Positions 1 through 9,186 of a stretch of DNA of 64,000 nt are shown here, one piece after another (position 1 is the first letter of the stretch; each line of letters opens with the position of its first letter). The stretch lies in contig CANQNJ010000001.1 in assembly GCA_947625185.1 (NCBI GenBank), positions 8,771-72,770 on the forward strand. Reading direction: 5' to 3'. A program made the translations under genes and the position numbers. The DNA is from an uncultured Clostridia bacterium. Lineage in GTDB: Bacteria; Bacillota; Clostridia; Christensenellales; CAG-314. The notes below the pieces were generated by a model. The model did no database searches. It was not told the DNA's origin and was given only the letters and a program-made list of their open reading frames with translations.

Positions 1-941
1 TCGATCCGGACAGTTATGCCCGGCAGCTCGAAGAATTTTCCCGTCGCTCGCTTACTTGTCTCGCAGTTTCCTGCGACGGACGATATATCGGAGTTATCGG
101 CGTCGGAGACGAGATCAAATCCACTTCCAAAGACGCGATAGCCTTGCTTAAAGAGCAGCAAGTGCAGCCCATTCTTCTCACCGGCGACAATGCCGTTGCC
201 GCAAAAGCGGTTTGCGATGAGTTGGGTATAGACGAGTTTTACGCCGAGGTATTGCCTGATCAGAAAGAACGCAAAGTAGCCGAATTGATGGGCGGCGGCG
301 TTACCGCTATGGTGGGGGACGGAATTAACGACGCTCCGGCGCTTGCGCGCGCCGATATAGGTTTTGCCGTCGCCGCAGGATCGGATATAGCTATGGACAG
401 CGCGGACGTTCTGTTGGTTAAGAACGATATACGAGATGTCGCAACGGCTATCAAATTGAGCAAAAAGACCAAGCGCAACATCAAAGAAAATCTTTTCTGG
501 GCATTCTTCTACAACGCGCTCGGGATACCGCTTGCCGCAGGCGTGTTGTACGAGACGTCTTTGCATTTGCAGCTCAATCCCATGATAGCGGCTGCGGCGA
601 TGAGTCTCAGCAGTCTGTTTGTCGTCACCAATGCGTTGCGACTCAGATTTTTCAAGCCGAGTATGACGGCAAAACCGTCTGAGGATAAAATAAAACACAA
701 TAAACCGAACAAGGAGGAAACAATAATGAAGTATCGGATTGCAATCGAAGGAATGATGTGCGGACACTGCACGTCGCGCGTGAACAAGGCGCTCGGATCC
801 GTTCGCGGCGTTCTCGGGGTAGACGTCAGCTTGGACGATAAGTGCGCGACAGTCGAGGTCAAGGAACGGGTAAAGCCCGAGGCTCTCAAAGCCGCGGTGG
901 AAAAAGAGGGTTATACCGTAACGGGAGTAGACGCGTTATGA
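1..941 (+). CDS. copA: P1B-type heavy-metal (copper-type) translocating ATPase, C-terminal portion (5' end outside window), ending in an in-frame HMA metal-binding domain
   Basis: The frame is open from nt 3 (...GVIGVGDEIKSTSKDAIALLKEQ...). LTGDN and MVGDGINDAPALA P-type ATPase motifs are present, followed by two terminal TM helices and then MKYRIAIEGMMCGHCTSRV (GMxCxxC HMA). csoR lies immediately downstream. Confidence 0.85.
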   Translation, partial: DPDSYARQLEEFSRRSLTCLAVSCDGRYIGVIGVGDEIKSTSKDAIALLKEQQVQPILLTGDNAVAAKAVCDELGIDEFYAEVLPDQKERKVAELMGGGVTAMVGDGINDAPALARADIGFAVAAGSDIAMDSADVLLVKNDIRDVATAIKLSKKTKRNIKENLFWAFFYNALGIPLAAGVLYETSLHLQLNPMIAAAAMSLSSLFVVTNALRLRFFKPSMTAKPSEDKIKHNKPNKEETIMKYRIAIEGMMCGHCTSRVNKALGSVRGVLGVDVSLDDKCATVEVKERVKPEALKAAVEKEGYTVTGVDAL

Positions 942-1195
942 CGGCGGACAGAGACAAGGTGGTGCGGTTACTTAAAACCGCACGCGGTCAGATGGACGGC
1001 ATACTCAAAATGATCGACGAGAATCGCTATTGTATAGACATTTCCAATCAGATAATGGCATGCCAGGCAGTGCTTTCCAAAGCCAACAAAGAAGTACTCA
1101 ACGCCCACCTCGCCAATTGTGTACTCAACAGCCGCGGCGACGACAGCAAGGAAAAGCTCGCCGAAATAACCAAAATTCTCGATCAGCTCTTATAG
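938..1195 (+). CDS. csoR: CsoR/RcnR/FrmR-family metal-sensing transcriptional repressor
   Basis: The ATG at 938 overlaps the copA stop (ATGA). The 85 aa product MTADRDKVVRLLKTARGQMDGILKMIDENRYCIDISNQIMACQAVL...H..NC has the typical DUF156 C-H-C pattern. The upstream part of the tracked ORF (842-937) overlaps copA and is not credible. Confidence 0.85.
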   Translation: MTADRDKVVRLLKTARGQMDGILKMIDENRYCIDISNQIMACQAVLSKANKEVLNAHLANCVLNSRGDDSKEKLAEITKILDQLL

Positions 1196-1253
1196 ACCGT
1201 CTCTTGCCGTTGCAAAAGTAAAGAATTGCTCTTTTCCTAAATATAATAGGGGT

Positions 1254-1529
1254 ATGAGCAATTCTTTTTTACAATGCGTTGCCGATATTTGCGGATTGGA
1301 GTTGGCAACGTTGATAGGAGATTACAAGTATTCCGTTTTCGGCGGTCATACCGTCGTGGTCGAAGGACACAAGGGCATCGTCGATTATCGGCAGGATGAA
1401 GTGTCGTTTGCATTGCGCAAGTCCGTTCTCAAAGTATGCGGTACGGATCTGCGTATTCGCTGTATGGAAAAAAACTTCGCCGTCGTCGTGGGCAATATAA
1501 GCTCGGTGGAGGCAGCCGATGAAAAATAG
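1254..1529 (+). CDS. yqfC: YabP/YqfC-family sporulation protein
   Basis: The 91 aa product has a YabP-like beta-rich pattern (VVVEGHKGIVDYRQDEVSF...LKVCGTDLRI). It sits directly upstream of yqfD-phoH as in Bacillus. Confidence 0.7.
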   Translation: MSNSFLQCVADICGLELATLIGDYKYSVFGGHTVVVEGHKGIVDYRQDEVSFALRKSVLKVCGTDLRIRCMEKNFAVVVGNISSVEAADEK

Positions 1530-2601
1530 TTGCAAAATTACCTTCGAGGGACTCAATATCAATCGATTGCTGTCGCTGCTCGGCAAGAAAAATATAGCCG
1601 TTTACGGCGCGGAGCGCGTCGGAAAGCGTTGTACGATACAAGTTCCGTCAAGACGTGCCAAGCAGACTATTGCATTATTACAAGAAAGGTGCTATAATAT
1701 AATCAGTATAGAATTTTTCGGATTGCCCAAAGCGAAAAGATTTGTAAAAAAGCACTTTGTTTTGCCGATAATCTGTCTGCTGACGGTGCTGATTCTTGTC
1801 GTATCGTCGCAGTTCTGTCTCAGGATAGAAGTCGTGGGCGATTTCGACAGACGGGACGTATGTTCCGCGCTCGATTCCGTCGGCGTAAGAGTGGGCAGCA
1901 ATTTGCGCAAACTAAATCTGAACGCCCTGCAAAACGGACTTGCCAACGAGCTGGACGCAATGTATGCGGTGATAAAGCGAAGCGGCAGCGTGTTGTACAT
2001 AAACGCCGTCGCCAAGAAAGAAGCGGAGCCGCCCATAAAAATGGACGTCAGGCGCGATATCGTCGCAACCCGTTCCGGCACGGTGACGAGTATTCTGTGC
2101 GAACAAGGCACGCCGCTTGTCAAGGCGGGAGACGAAGTCGATATAGGAGATATACTCATAGAGGGAAGGCGCGTCTACAATGACGGCACTTCCGAAGATG
2201 TATATGCGCTCGGCCGCGTCGTAATAGGCATATCCTGTGAGGGGTTCGCCGCGTTTGACGGCACCAAAGAAGTGACCGTCGAAACGGGCAATATTTTCAA
2301 AGCCACGGGAGTAATGCTTTTCGGCAAAGAATATGTGAGACGGTGCCCCTTTTTGCAATATACGGTCAGCGCAACGGTTACGCGTTTGTTTCCGCTCGGG
2401 TTGGAGATAAGGAACAACGTCTATCGCGAGACAATTACGAAGCGCGTCTCCGCCGATATAAACGAGTGTATCGACGAATTGAAAGCGCAGGCGAAAGCGG
2501 CGGCGTCTGATAAATGCGATTTCGATATTGCCGACGTGGAATATCGGATCAATGACGACGGGGTCGTCGCCGTATTGTACGGCATATTGCAGTTGGAATG
2601 A
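1519..2601 (+). CDS. yqfD: Sporulation protein YqfD (stage IV sporulation family)
   Basis: The 360 aa product has a single central TM helix. It overlaps yqfC by 11 nt and sits in conserved yqfC-yqfD-phoH synteny. Confidence 0.7.
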   Translation: MKNSCKITFEGLNINRLLSLLGKKNIAVYGAERVGKRCTIQVPSRRAKQTIALLQERCYNIISIEFFGLPKAKRFVKKHFVLPIICLLTVLILVVSSQFCLRIEVVGDFDRRDVCSALDSVGVRVGSNLRKLNLNALQNGLANELDAMYAVIKRSGSVLYINAVAKKEAEPPIKMDVRRDIVATRSGTVTSILCEQGTPLVKAGDEVDIGDILIEGRRVYNDGTSEDVYALGRVVIGISCEGFAAFDGTKEVTVETGNIFKATGVMLFGKEYVRRCPFLQYTVSATVTRLFPLGLEIRNNVYRETITKRVSADINECIDELKAQAKAAASDKCDFDIADVEYRINDDGVVAVLYGILQLE

Positions 2602-2660
2602 TCCGTCGCTTAGACGTGCGGTTGTTTTCGACAGTCGCGCAAATCCTAACGGCGTAAACT

Positions 2661-3647
2661 TTGCAGGCAAATACGATTGAACTCGGAGGAAAACGGTTGG
2701 TATCCAAAAAAATCGAAACAGACTCTATGGACGAATTGATAAAACTGTTCGGTCCGTTTGACGAGAATATAAAAGCCGTTTGCGCCGCATTCGACGTCAA
2801 GGTAGTTATGCAGGACGGACAGAGCAGCCTGTACGGAGAAGACGTCAACGTAGACAAGGCGCTCGCCGTCGTGCGTAAATTGAGAGATTTCATCGCAAGC
2901 GGCGACAGCGTGGATATAGGCAGAGTCAATTATCTGTGCGAGCTGTCCAAGTCGGACAAGCTTGACGACGTAGACGAATTGATGAACGACGTCGTAGTTA
3001 TCACGTCGCGCGGCAAACCCATCAAGTGCAAGACGGTAGGACAGAAGAAATACGTCGATTTGATGAAGAAGAATACCGTCACGTTCGGCGTGGGACCTGC
3101 GGGTACGGGCAAAACGTATCTTGCGGTTGCGATAGCCGTCAACGCTTACAAAGCCAAGCAGGTAGAAAAGATCATTCTCACTCGTCCCGCCGTGGAGGCA
3201 GGCGAAAAACTCGGTTTTCTCCCCGGTGACTTACAGGAAAAAGTAAATCCCTATCTGCGTCCGTTGTACGACGCATTGCAGGAAATGTTGGGATTGGACA
3301 GCTATTCCAAAATGTTGGAACGGGGAATAATCGAGATAGCGCCCCTTGCGTATATGCGCGGCCGTACACTCAGCAATGCGTTCGTGATATTGGACGAAGC
3401 GCAGAACACGACGCGTGAGCAGATAAAAATGTTTTTGACAAGATTGGGCGAAGGCAGTAAAATGGTAATTACCGGCGATCTTACGCAGATAGACTTGCCG
3501 AAAGGTCTGACGTCGGGTCTTAAACACGCAATAAAAATATTAAAGGATATAGAAGATATAGGGATAATTCGTTTGAATGAAAGAGACGTCGTGCGCCATC
3601 CTTTGGTGCAGAAGATTGTCAAAGCATACGAAACAGAGGATAAATAA
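2661..3647 (+). CDS. phoH: PhoH-family ATPase (PhoH-like protein, YlaK/PhoH)
   Basis: Walker A GVGPAGTGKTYLAV and Walker B ILDEAQN are present, with a PhoH C-terminal region. The likely real start is TTG 2697, 7 nt after GGAGG at 2685-2689; 2661 is the maximal ORF. Confidence 0.9.
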   Translation: MQANTIELGGKRLVSKKIETDSMDELIKLFGPFDENIKAVCAAFDVKVVMQDGQSSLYGEDVNVDKALAVVRKLRDFIASGDSVDIGRVNYLCELSKSDKLDDVDELMNDVVVITSRGKPIKCKTVGQKKYVDLMKKNTVTFGVGPAGTGKTYLAVAIAVNAYKAKQVEKIILTRPAVEAGEKLGFLPGDLQEKVNPYLRPLYDALQEMLGLDSYSKMLERGIIEIAPLAYMRGRTLSNAFVILDEAQNTTREQIKMFLTRLGEGSKMVITGDLTQIDLPKGLTSGLKHAIKILKDIEDIGIIRLNERDVVRHPLVQKIVKAYETEDK

Positions 3648-5074
3648 TGAAAAAAACGAAAAAAATCACCAATATCAAGTGGAAAGACATAATTTTCAGC
3701 TACATTGCAATATTTGTAGTCTTTTCCGCAATCACGTTATTGGTAAATATTCACCGACTGACCTGGATAAGAGCGGGCGTACAGTTGGCGACGCTGGTCA
3801 TAATGCTTGTCGCGCTTGCATTGTACACCTACTTCTCCGATATAGCGGTAATGGAGAGTCCCCGTAAGACTTGGGCAATGTTCGCGACTATGCTTGTGGC
3901 GTACGGACTAATTCAGCTTGCGCCCTTGTGGGACTATGTTATATATCTCGTCCCGTTTGCCCTGTGTTCGCTCATTCTGTCATTGATCGTTTCCGGCAAA
4001 TGCGGATTTTTTGCAAACTTCATCGTCATTATGCTATGCTTTATGCAGGATATCAATTGGCAGATATCGGCGACGGTGGCGACGGAGAATTTCTTTTACC
4101 TGCTGTTCAGCGGCGTAATCGAAGCCGTGTTCGCTTCGTTTGTATTGGGTAAGCATTATCGTCGTTCGCGTTATTTGGTAGTGGGCGTAGTGTTGGGCTT
4201 TATTTCCGTCCTCTGCGCAACGATAAGCTATCTTATGTTCAGCGACGAGTGGTCGTGGGTGGTATACGGTATCAAGATTGCGTGTGCCTTTGCAAGCGGC
4301 ATAATAGGCGTAATGTGCATGTTCGTATTGGTGCCGTTATTCGAGAAGCTGTTCAACGTCAGTTCTGTTTTCCGATTCTCGGAGATAGCGACTTCGGACA
4401 GCGAGCTTATGCGTAAACTTTTCGAGAAGGCGCCCGGAACTTACAATCACAGCCTTACCGTTGCCACTTATGTCGAAGCGTGCGCCGCGGCGATAGGACA
4501 AAGCGCCGTTATGGCTCGTGCCGCCGCGTATTACCATGATATAGGCAAGATGAAGAACCCGAGCTATTTCACCGAGAACCAATTCAGCGGTATAAATCCG
4601 CACGACAGTATGACGCCCGAAGCAAGCGTAAATATGATCAAATATCACACGCTTAACGGACTTGCCATTGCCAAAGAATACGGTCTCCCCAAGGAAGTAC
4701 AATCCGCAATAGTGGAGCACCACGGCACGATGCCCATCAAGTACTTCTATCTGAAAGCGCAGAAGTACACCGACGGAGATCTTCCGTATGACGGATATTG
4801 TTACGACGGTCCCAAACCCACCAATAAGATATCCGCCATATTGATGATCTGCGACGCGGCGGAAGCGGCTTTGCGGTCCGGCGGAGACAAGAGTAAGGCG
4901 GAAAAGATCGTCGACGATATCGTCGCGGAGAGAATGTCTTTCGAACAATTCTCCGATTGCGATATATCTTTGAAAGAACTCGACATAGTCAAGAGTACGA
5001 TAATCACAACCTTTGCGGGTATAAGACACAAACGCGTATCCTATCCCGATGTACGATTGAACGGTGACAAATGA
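3647..5074 (+). CDS. Multi-pass membrane HD-domain phosphohydrolase (YqfF/PgpH-like 7TM-HD; possible c-di-AMP phosphodiesterase)
   Basis: The N-terminus has about 7 TM helices. HDIGK and HHG motifs of the HD/HDIG domain are present. The position between phoH and ybeY matches B. subtilis yqfF. It is shorter than PgpH, with no large extracellular domain. Confidence 0.8.
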   Translation: MKKTKKITNIKWKDIIFSYIAIFVVFSAITLLVNIHRLTWIRAGVQLATLVIMLVALALYTYFSDIAVMESPRKTWAMFATMLVAYGLIQLAPLWDYVIYLVPFALCSLILSLIVSGKCGFFANFIVIMLCFMQDINWQISATVATENFFYLLFSGVIEAVFASFVLGKHYRRSRYLVVGVVLGFISVLCATISYLMFSDEWSWVVYGIKIACAFASGIIGVMCMFVLVPLFEKLFNVSSVFRFSEIATSDSELMRKLFEKAPGTYNHSLTVATYVEACAAAIGQSAVMARAAAYYHDIGKMKNPSYFTENQFSGINPHDSMTPEASVNMIKYHTLNGLAIAKEYGLPKEVQSAIVEHHGTMPIKYFYLKAQKYTDGDLPYDGYCYDGPKPTNKISAILMICDAAEAALRSGGDKSKAEKIVDDIVAERMSFEQFSDCDISLKELDIVKSTIITTFAGIRHKRVSYPDVRLNGDK

Positions 5075-5556
5075 CAATATATTTTACCAACGTAGGCATT
5101 CACAAACACAAAATCAAGCACGTCCTCGAAGGCGCGCTTAAATATCTCAAACAACCTTCGCGGCAGATAGAGATGTCCCTTTCGATAGTGGATCCCGAAG
5201 ATATCCGCAAGCTCAACAGGCAGTTCCGCGGCATTGACGATGTGACGGACGTACTGTCCTTTCCCACTCTGGATCTCGGCAAACGGCAGTTGGATTCAGC
5301 GAATTTTCCTTCGGACGCCGTCAATTCGGGGACGGGCAAGCTGAATATAGGCGACGTCATAATATGTTTCGACCGCGCCAAAGAGCAAGCCAAAAGTTTC
5401 GGTCACAGTCTGAAACGTGAACTTTGTTTCCTTTCGTTGCACGGGTTGTTGCATTTGTTGGGTTACGACCACGTCGATCAAGCCGATGAAAAGGAAATGA
5501 ACGCCATTCAGGATGAGATACTTACAAAGTTGCGCGTTACAAGGGATATAAGATGA
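5071..5556 (+). CDS. ybeY: rRNA maturation endoribonuclease YbeY
   Basis: The HGLLHLLGYDH zinc-binding motif is present. The product is 161 aa and the gene overlaps both neighbours by 4 nt. Confidence 0.92.
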   Translation: MTIYFTNVGIHKHKIKHVLEGALKYLKQPSRQIEMSLSIVDPEDIRKLNRQFRGIDDVTDVLSFPTLDLGKRQLDSANFPSDAVNSGTGKLNIGDVIICFDRAKEQAKSFGHSLKRELCFLSLHGLLHLLGYDHVDQADEKEMNAIQDEILTKLRVTRDIR

Positions 5557-6440
5557 GAACGGGATTTATTGCTATCGTCGGGCAAGCGAATGCGGGCAAA
5601 TCCACGTTGCTCAATTCTCTTGTCGGGCAAAAAGTCTCCATTGTATCCCCCAAGCCGCAAACCACGCGCGAGCAGATAATGGGCATATGGACCGACGCCG
5701 ACAGTCAGATGGTATTTGTGGATACTCCGGGGTTTCTGCACAGCAAAAATGCGCTCGGAGACTATATGCTAAGAAGTATTGACAGCGCCGTACAGGATGT
5801 CGATTGCATCCTCGTCGTCATCGACGGACACGACGGAATAGACGACAGGGAGATCGGTCAGATCGGCAAATACCGCAAGCAAGGGACTCCAATCGTGGTT
5901 GCGGTTACCAAGATAGATATATCCCAACCCGCAAGGCTTATGCCGGAACTTGACAAACTTAACGGCGTAGAGGGCATAAACGAAATATATTGCGTCTCGG
6001 CAAAGAAAAATAACGGCGTCGAAGAACTTAAACAAGCGCTCAAAAAATATCTTACGGGCACGGAAATGTATTTCGAAGAAGATGACGTTACCGACAAAAC
6101 TCAGCGCTTTGCCGTGAGCGAGATAATAAGAGAAAAGGTGCTGTTGGCTTGCGATAACGAGATCCCTCACGGAATAGGAGTGGCTGTAAACAAAATGCAG
6201 CAGAACGGTTCCGCTTGGGATATCGACGCAACGGTGATAGTGGAGAAGGCGTCTCACAAGCCCATCGTTCTCGGCAAGCACGGCGAGATGATCAAATCCA
6301 TAGGCATTCATGCCCGAGAAAGTATCGAAAAATTATTGGAAGCAAAGGTTTTTCTGACGCTTTGGGTAAAGGTAAAGGAAGATTGGCGCAACAACCCCTC
6401 TATGCTCAACGAATTGGGCTACTCCAATCGCCGTAAATAA
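5553..6440 (+). CDS. era: GTPase Era
   Basis: GTPase motifs G1 GQANAGKST, DTPG and TKID are present, with a C-terminal KH domain. The product is 295 aa. Confidence 0.95.
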   Translation: MRTGFIAIVGQANAGKSTLLNSLVGQKVSIVSPKPQTTREQIMGIWTDADSQMVFVDTPGFLHSKNALGDYMLRSIDSAVQDVDCILVVIDGHDGIDDREIGQIGKYRKQGTPIVVAVTKIDISQPARLMPELDKLNGVEGINEIYCVSAKKNNGVEELKQALKKYLTGTEMYFEEDDVTDKTQRFAVSEIIREKVLLACDNEIPHGIGVAVNKMQQNGSAWDIDATVIVEKASHKPIVLGKHGEMIKSIGIHARESIEKLLEAKVFLTLWVKVKEDWRNNPSMLNELGYSNRRK

Positions 6441-6493
6441 TTTGTTGTATATATCGGCTGTTTTTTACGCAAACTTATTAAAAGGAGGTTTGC

Positions 6494-6628
6494 ATGAAAG
6501 ACACCGTTTGGAAGTTATTTCGTGAGACGGGTAACCCCGTTTATTACCTGCTGTACAAGGAACTGACGGAAGATGGACGTGACGACAAGAGGCATAGTCC
6601 TCAAAGCAACGGATTACAAGGAAAATGA
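6494..6628 (+). CDS. yqzL: YqzL-family small protein (44 aa)
   Basis: This ORF is not in the ORF track because it is under 60 aa. GGAGG at 6484-6488 precedes the ATG at 6494. MKDTVWKLFRETGNPVYYLLYKEL matches the W..F..TG....YLLyKe YqzL signature. The era/recO position is as in Bacillus. The 3' end overlaps the recO start out of frame. Confidence 0.6.
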   Translation: MKDTVWKLFRETGNPVYYLLYKELTEDGRDDKRHSPQSNGLQGK

Positions 6629-7295
6629 CAAACTGATTTTGCTGTACTCGGTTGAGTACGGCAAAATTACTGTTCACGCCAAAGGAGTGCGCAAGGGTAC
6701 TGCCAAGCTCAAATTTGCCGCGGACCAATTCTGTTTCGGGCTGTACGAACTGTCCAAGGCGGAGGATAGATTTACTCTCAAAACTTGCGACCAATTGGAA
6801 AGTTTTTATTCACTGCGGGAAGATGTGGCTGTCTACTATGCCGCATGTACCGTTGCGGAATGTCTCGCCGATTACACCGAGGAAGGACAATCGGAACCGG
6901 ACGTGTTCGTGGAAACGCTCAAAGCGTTGACGGCGTTGTCCGACGGCACGGAACCTATGACGGTTACATTGCGTTATCTGTTGGGCTTTACCGCCTTGGA
7001 GGGATTGGGATTGCAATTCGACCGTTGCGCCGTCTGCGGAGAGAAGAACAGAAAAATGTTCCTGGATCTGCAACGCGGCGGAATCGTTTGCGAAGGGTGC
7101 CGTACCGCGGAGAGCCTTGCCGTTACGCCGCGTACGCTCGCCGTTTGTAAAATGGTAGAGACTATGCCGTATGACAAGCTGAAAAATCTCAATTTTACTC
7201 TCGAAGTTCTGAAAGACGCTTTGCAGCTGTGCTATCGTTACATATCTCACAGTTTTTCTCCGTTGAAGAGTCTCGGCGAGTTGCTCATACTGTAA
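6573..7295 (+). CDS. recO: DNA repair protein RecO
   Basis: The N-terminal OB region is RGIVLKATDYKENDKLILLYS. A zinc-finger CAVCGEK...CEGC is present. The product is 240 aa. Confidence 0.9.
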   Translation: MDVTTRGIVLKATDYKENDKLILLYSVEYGKITVHAKGVRKGTAKLKFAADQFCFGLYELSKAEDRFTLKTCDQLESFYSLREDVAVYYAACTVAECLADYTEEGQSEPDVFVETLKALTALSDGTEPMTVTLRYLLGFTALEGLGLQFDRCAVCGEKNRKMFLDLQRGGIVCEGCRTAESLAVTPRTLAVCKMVETMPYDKLKNLNFTLEVLKDALQLCYRYISHSFSPLKSLGELLIL

Positions 7296-7433
7296 CGGCA
7301 TAGCCGAAACGTACTGTCGGATAACCGTACGATAAATTTTCGGGATTTTTTTGTTTTATTGGATTGTTTTATTTGACGTATATAATTATCAAATGATATA
7401 CTGATATGCTAAGCTGTTTATTTTGAGGAACAA

Positions 7434-9185
7434 ATGATTTTCGGCAAATACATCAACAAATTTTATTTGAAATATGCGCTGCTTATATTGCTCGGTTTGG
7501 CGGCGCTTGTTGCCGTAGACTATGCGCAGATGCTTATACCCGAGATGTACCGTATGGTAGTGGACGGCGTTGACGGAAAATTGGACAATTTCAATATGCA
7601 ATTTGTCTGGGACGAGATATGCGTTCCGATGTTTTTCATAATAATTTTTATCGTATTGGGTCGTTTTACCTGGCGTATATGTCTGTTCGGTTCCGGTATA
7701 AGAGTAGAGCGGGATCTGCGCCGCAGTATGTTCGCGCGTTGCGAACAGCTGTCATGCGAATTCTATTCCAAAGAAAAGATCGGCAACCTGATGTCCTTGT
7801 TCACCAACGATCTCGAAACGGTGCAGGATTGTTTCGGCAACGGCATTATGATGACGTTCGACGCGCTGTTTTTGGGCGGACTCAGCCTGTACAAGATGTT
7901 TCGTATGGATGTCGTAATGACGCTGTATTCGCTTATTCCCATGGCGCTTATGGTTGCCGTAAGTCTGATCGTGGGCAAATATATGACGATGAAATGGAAT
8001 ACCCGTCAACAGGCTTTTTCCGATTTGTCGGATTTTTCGCAGGAGAGTTTCAGCGGCATTGCGGTAATCAAGGCTTTTGTCAAGGAATTCAAAGAGCTGC
8101 TTGCGTTCAGGTGGTTGAACAAGCGCAACGAGGACGCCAACGTGGCGTATACGAGGATCAGCACTTTGTTGAACGTCTGCGTTACGTTCTTTGTCGAATC
8201 GGTCATATGTATAGTGTTGGGCTACGGCTCCTATCTGGTTGCCGAGGGGACATTTACCGCGGGACAATTGATGGAATTTATAGGGTATTTCAACTCGATA
8301 ATCTGGCCCGTAATGGCGATAACGGAATTGATAGAGATGCATTCTCGCGGCAAAGCGTCTTTGCGGCGCGTATCCGATTTGTTGGATACCCGTATAGATG
8401 TGTCCGACCGAGAAGGCGCCGCCTCTTTGCAACGGGTTGATGGTGCGATAGAATTCCGCAACTTGACTTTTCGCTACCCGGGGTCCGATTACGACGCGTT
8501 GTCTGACGTGAGCTTTAAGATCAACGCGGGAGAAAACGTCGGCATAATAGGCAAAACAGGCTCCGGCAAGACGACTGTGGCGGATTTGATTTTGCGTTGT
8601 TACAATGTGGCGGACGGAACGTTGTTTGTGGACGGCAAGGACGTCAATGAGATCGCGGTCAGAAGTTTGCGCGATTTCTGCGCATATGTGCCTCAGGACA
8701 ACTTTCTGTTCTCCGATACAATCGAACGCAACATAGCTTTTGCAACGGATGACGCTTCTTTGGAAGACGTTGTTGCCGCGGCAAAGTTGTCCGATATAGA
8801 CGACAATATCTCCAAGTTTACTCACAGTTACGAGACGGTTATGGGCGAGCGCGGAGTCACCGTTTCCGGAGGGCAAAAACAGCGTATATCCATTGCCCGC
8901 GCATTGATGAAGAACGCTTCTATATTGATTCTCGACGATTCGGTATCCGCAGTGGATACGGACACGGAAAAAACAATTTTGCACAATCTTCGCGAAACCC
9001 GTCTCGGCAAGACTACCATACTTATCGCTCACCGTATTTCGACTGTGCGCGGAATGGACAAGATAGTGTTGTTGGACAACGGCAAGGTGGTGGACGTGGG
9101 CAATCACGACGAACTGATGTCACGGTGCGTCGACTATAAGACGATGGTCGAGTTGCAGGCGTTGGAAGAAGAGGAGGGACTGTAA
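7434..9185 (+). CDS. ABC transporter ATP-binding/permease protein (type I exporter half-transporter)
   Basis: A 6-TM domain is followed by an NBD with GKTGSGKTT, the signature VSGGQKQRISIAR and Walker B ILILDD. Confidence 0.9.
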   Translation: MIFGKYINKFYLKYALLILLGLAALVAVDYAQMLIPEMYRMVVDGVDGKLDNFNMQFVWDEICVPMFFIIIFIVLGRFTWRICLFGSGIRVERDLRRSMFARCEQLSCEFYSKEKIGNLMSLFTNDLETVQDCFGNGIMMTFDALFLGGLSLYKMFRMDVVMTLYSLIPMALMVAVSLIVGKYMTMKWNTRQQAFSDLSDFSQESFSGIAVIKAFVKEFKELLAFRWLNKRNEDANVAYTRISTLLNVCVTFFVESVICIVLGYGSYLVAEGTFTAGQLMEFIGYFNSIIWPVMAITELIEMHSRGKASLRRVSDLLDTRIDVSDREGAASLQRVDGAIEFRNLTFRYPGSDYDALSDVSFKINAGENVGIIGKTGSGKTTVADLILRCYNVADGTLFVDGKDVNEIAVRSLRDFCAYVPQDNFLFSDTIERNIAFATDDASLEDVVAAAKLSDIDDNISKFTHSYETVMGERGVTVSGGQKQRISIARALMKNASILILDDSVSAVDTDTEKTILHNLRETRLGKTTILIAHRISTVRGMDKIVLLDNGKVVDVGNHDELMSRCVDYKTMVELQALEEEEGL

Positions 9186-9186
9186 T

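Noticed and set aside
842-937. An upstream extension of the csoR ORF (117 aa version).
   Set aside because: It overlaps the copA HMA domain in another frame and is Arg/Gly-rich. The ATG at 938 with ATGA stop/start coupling gives a normal-length CsoR.
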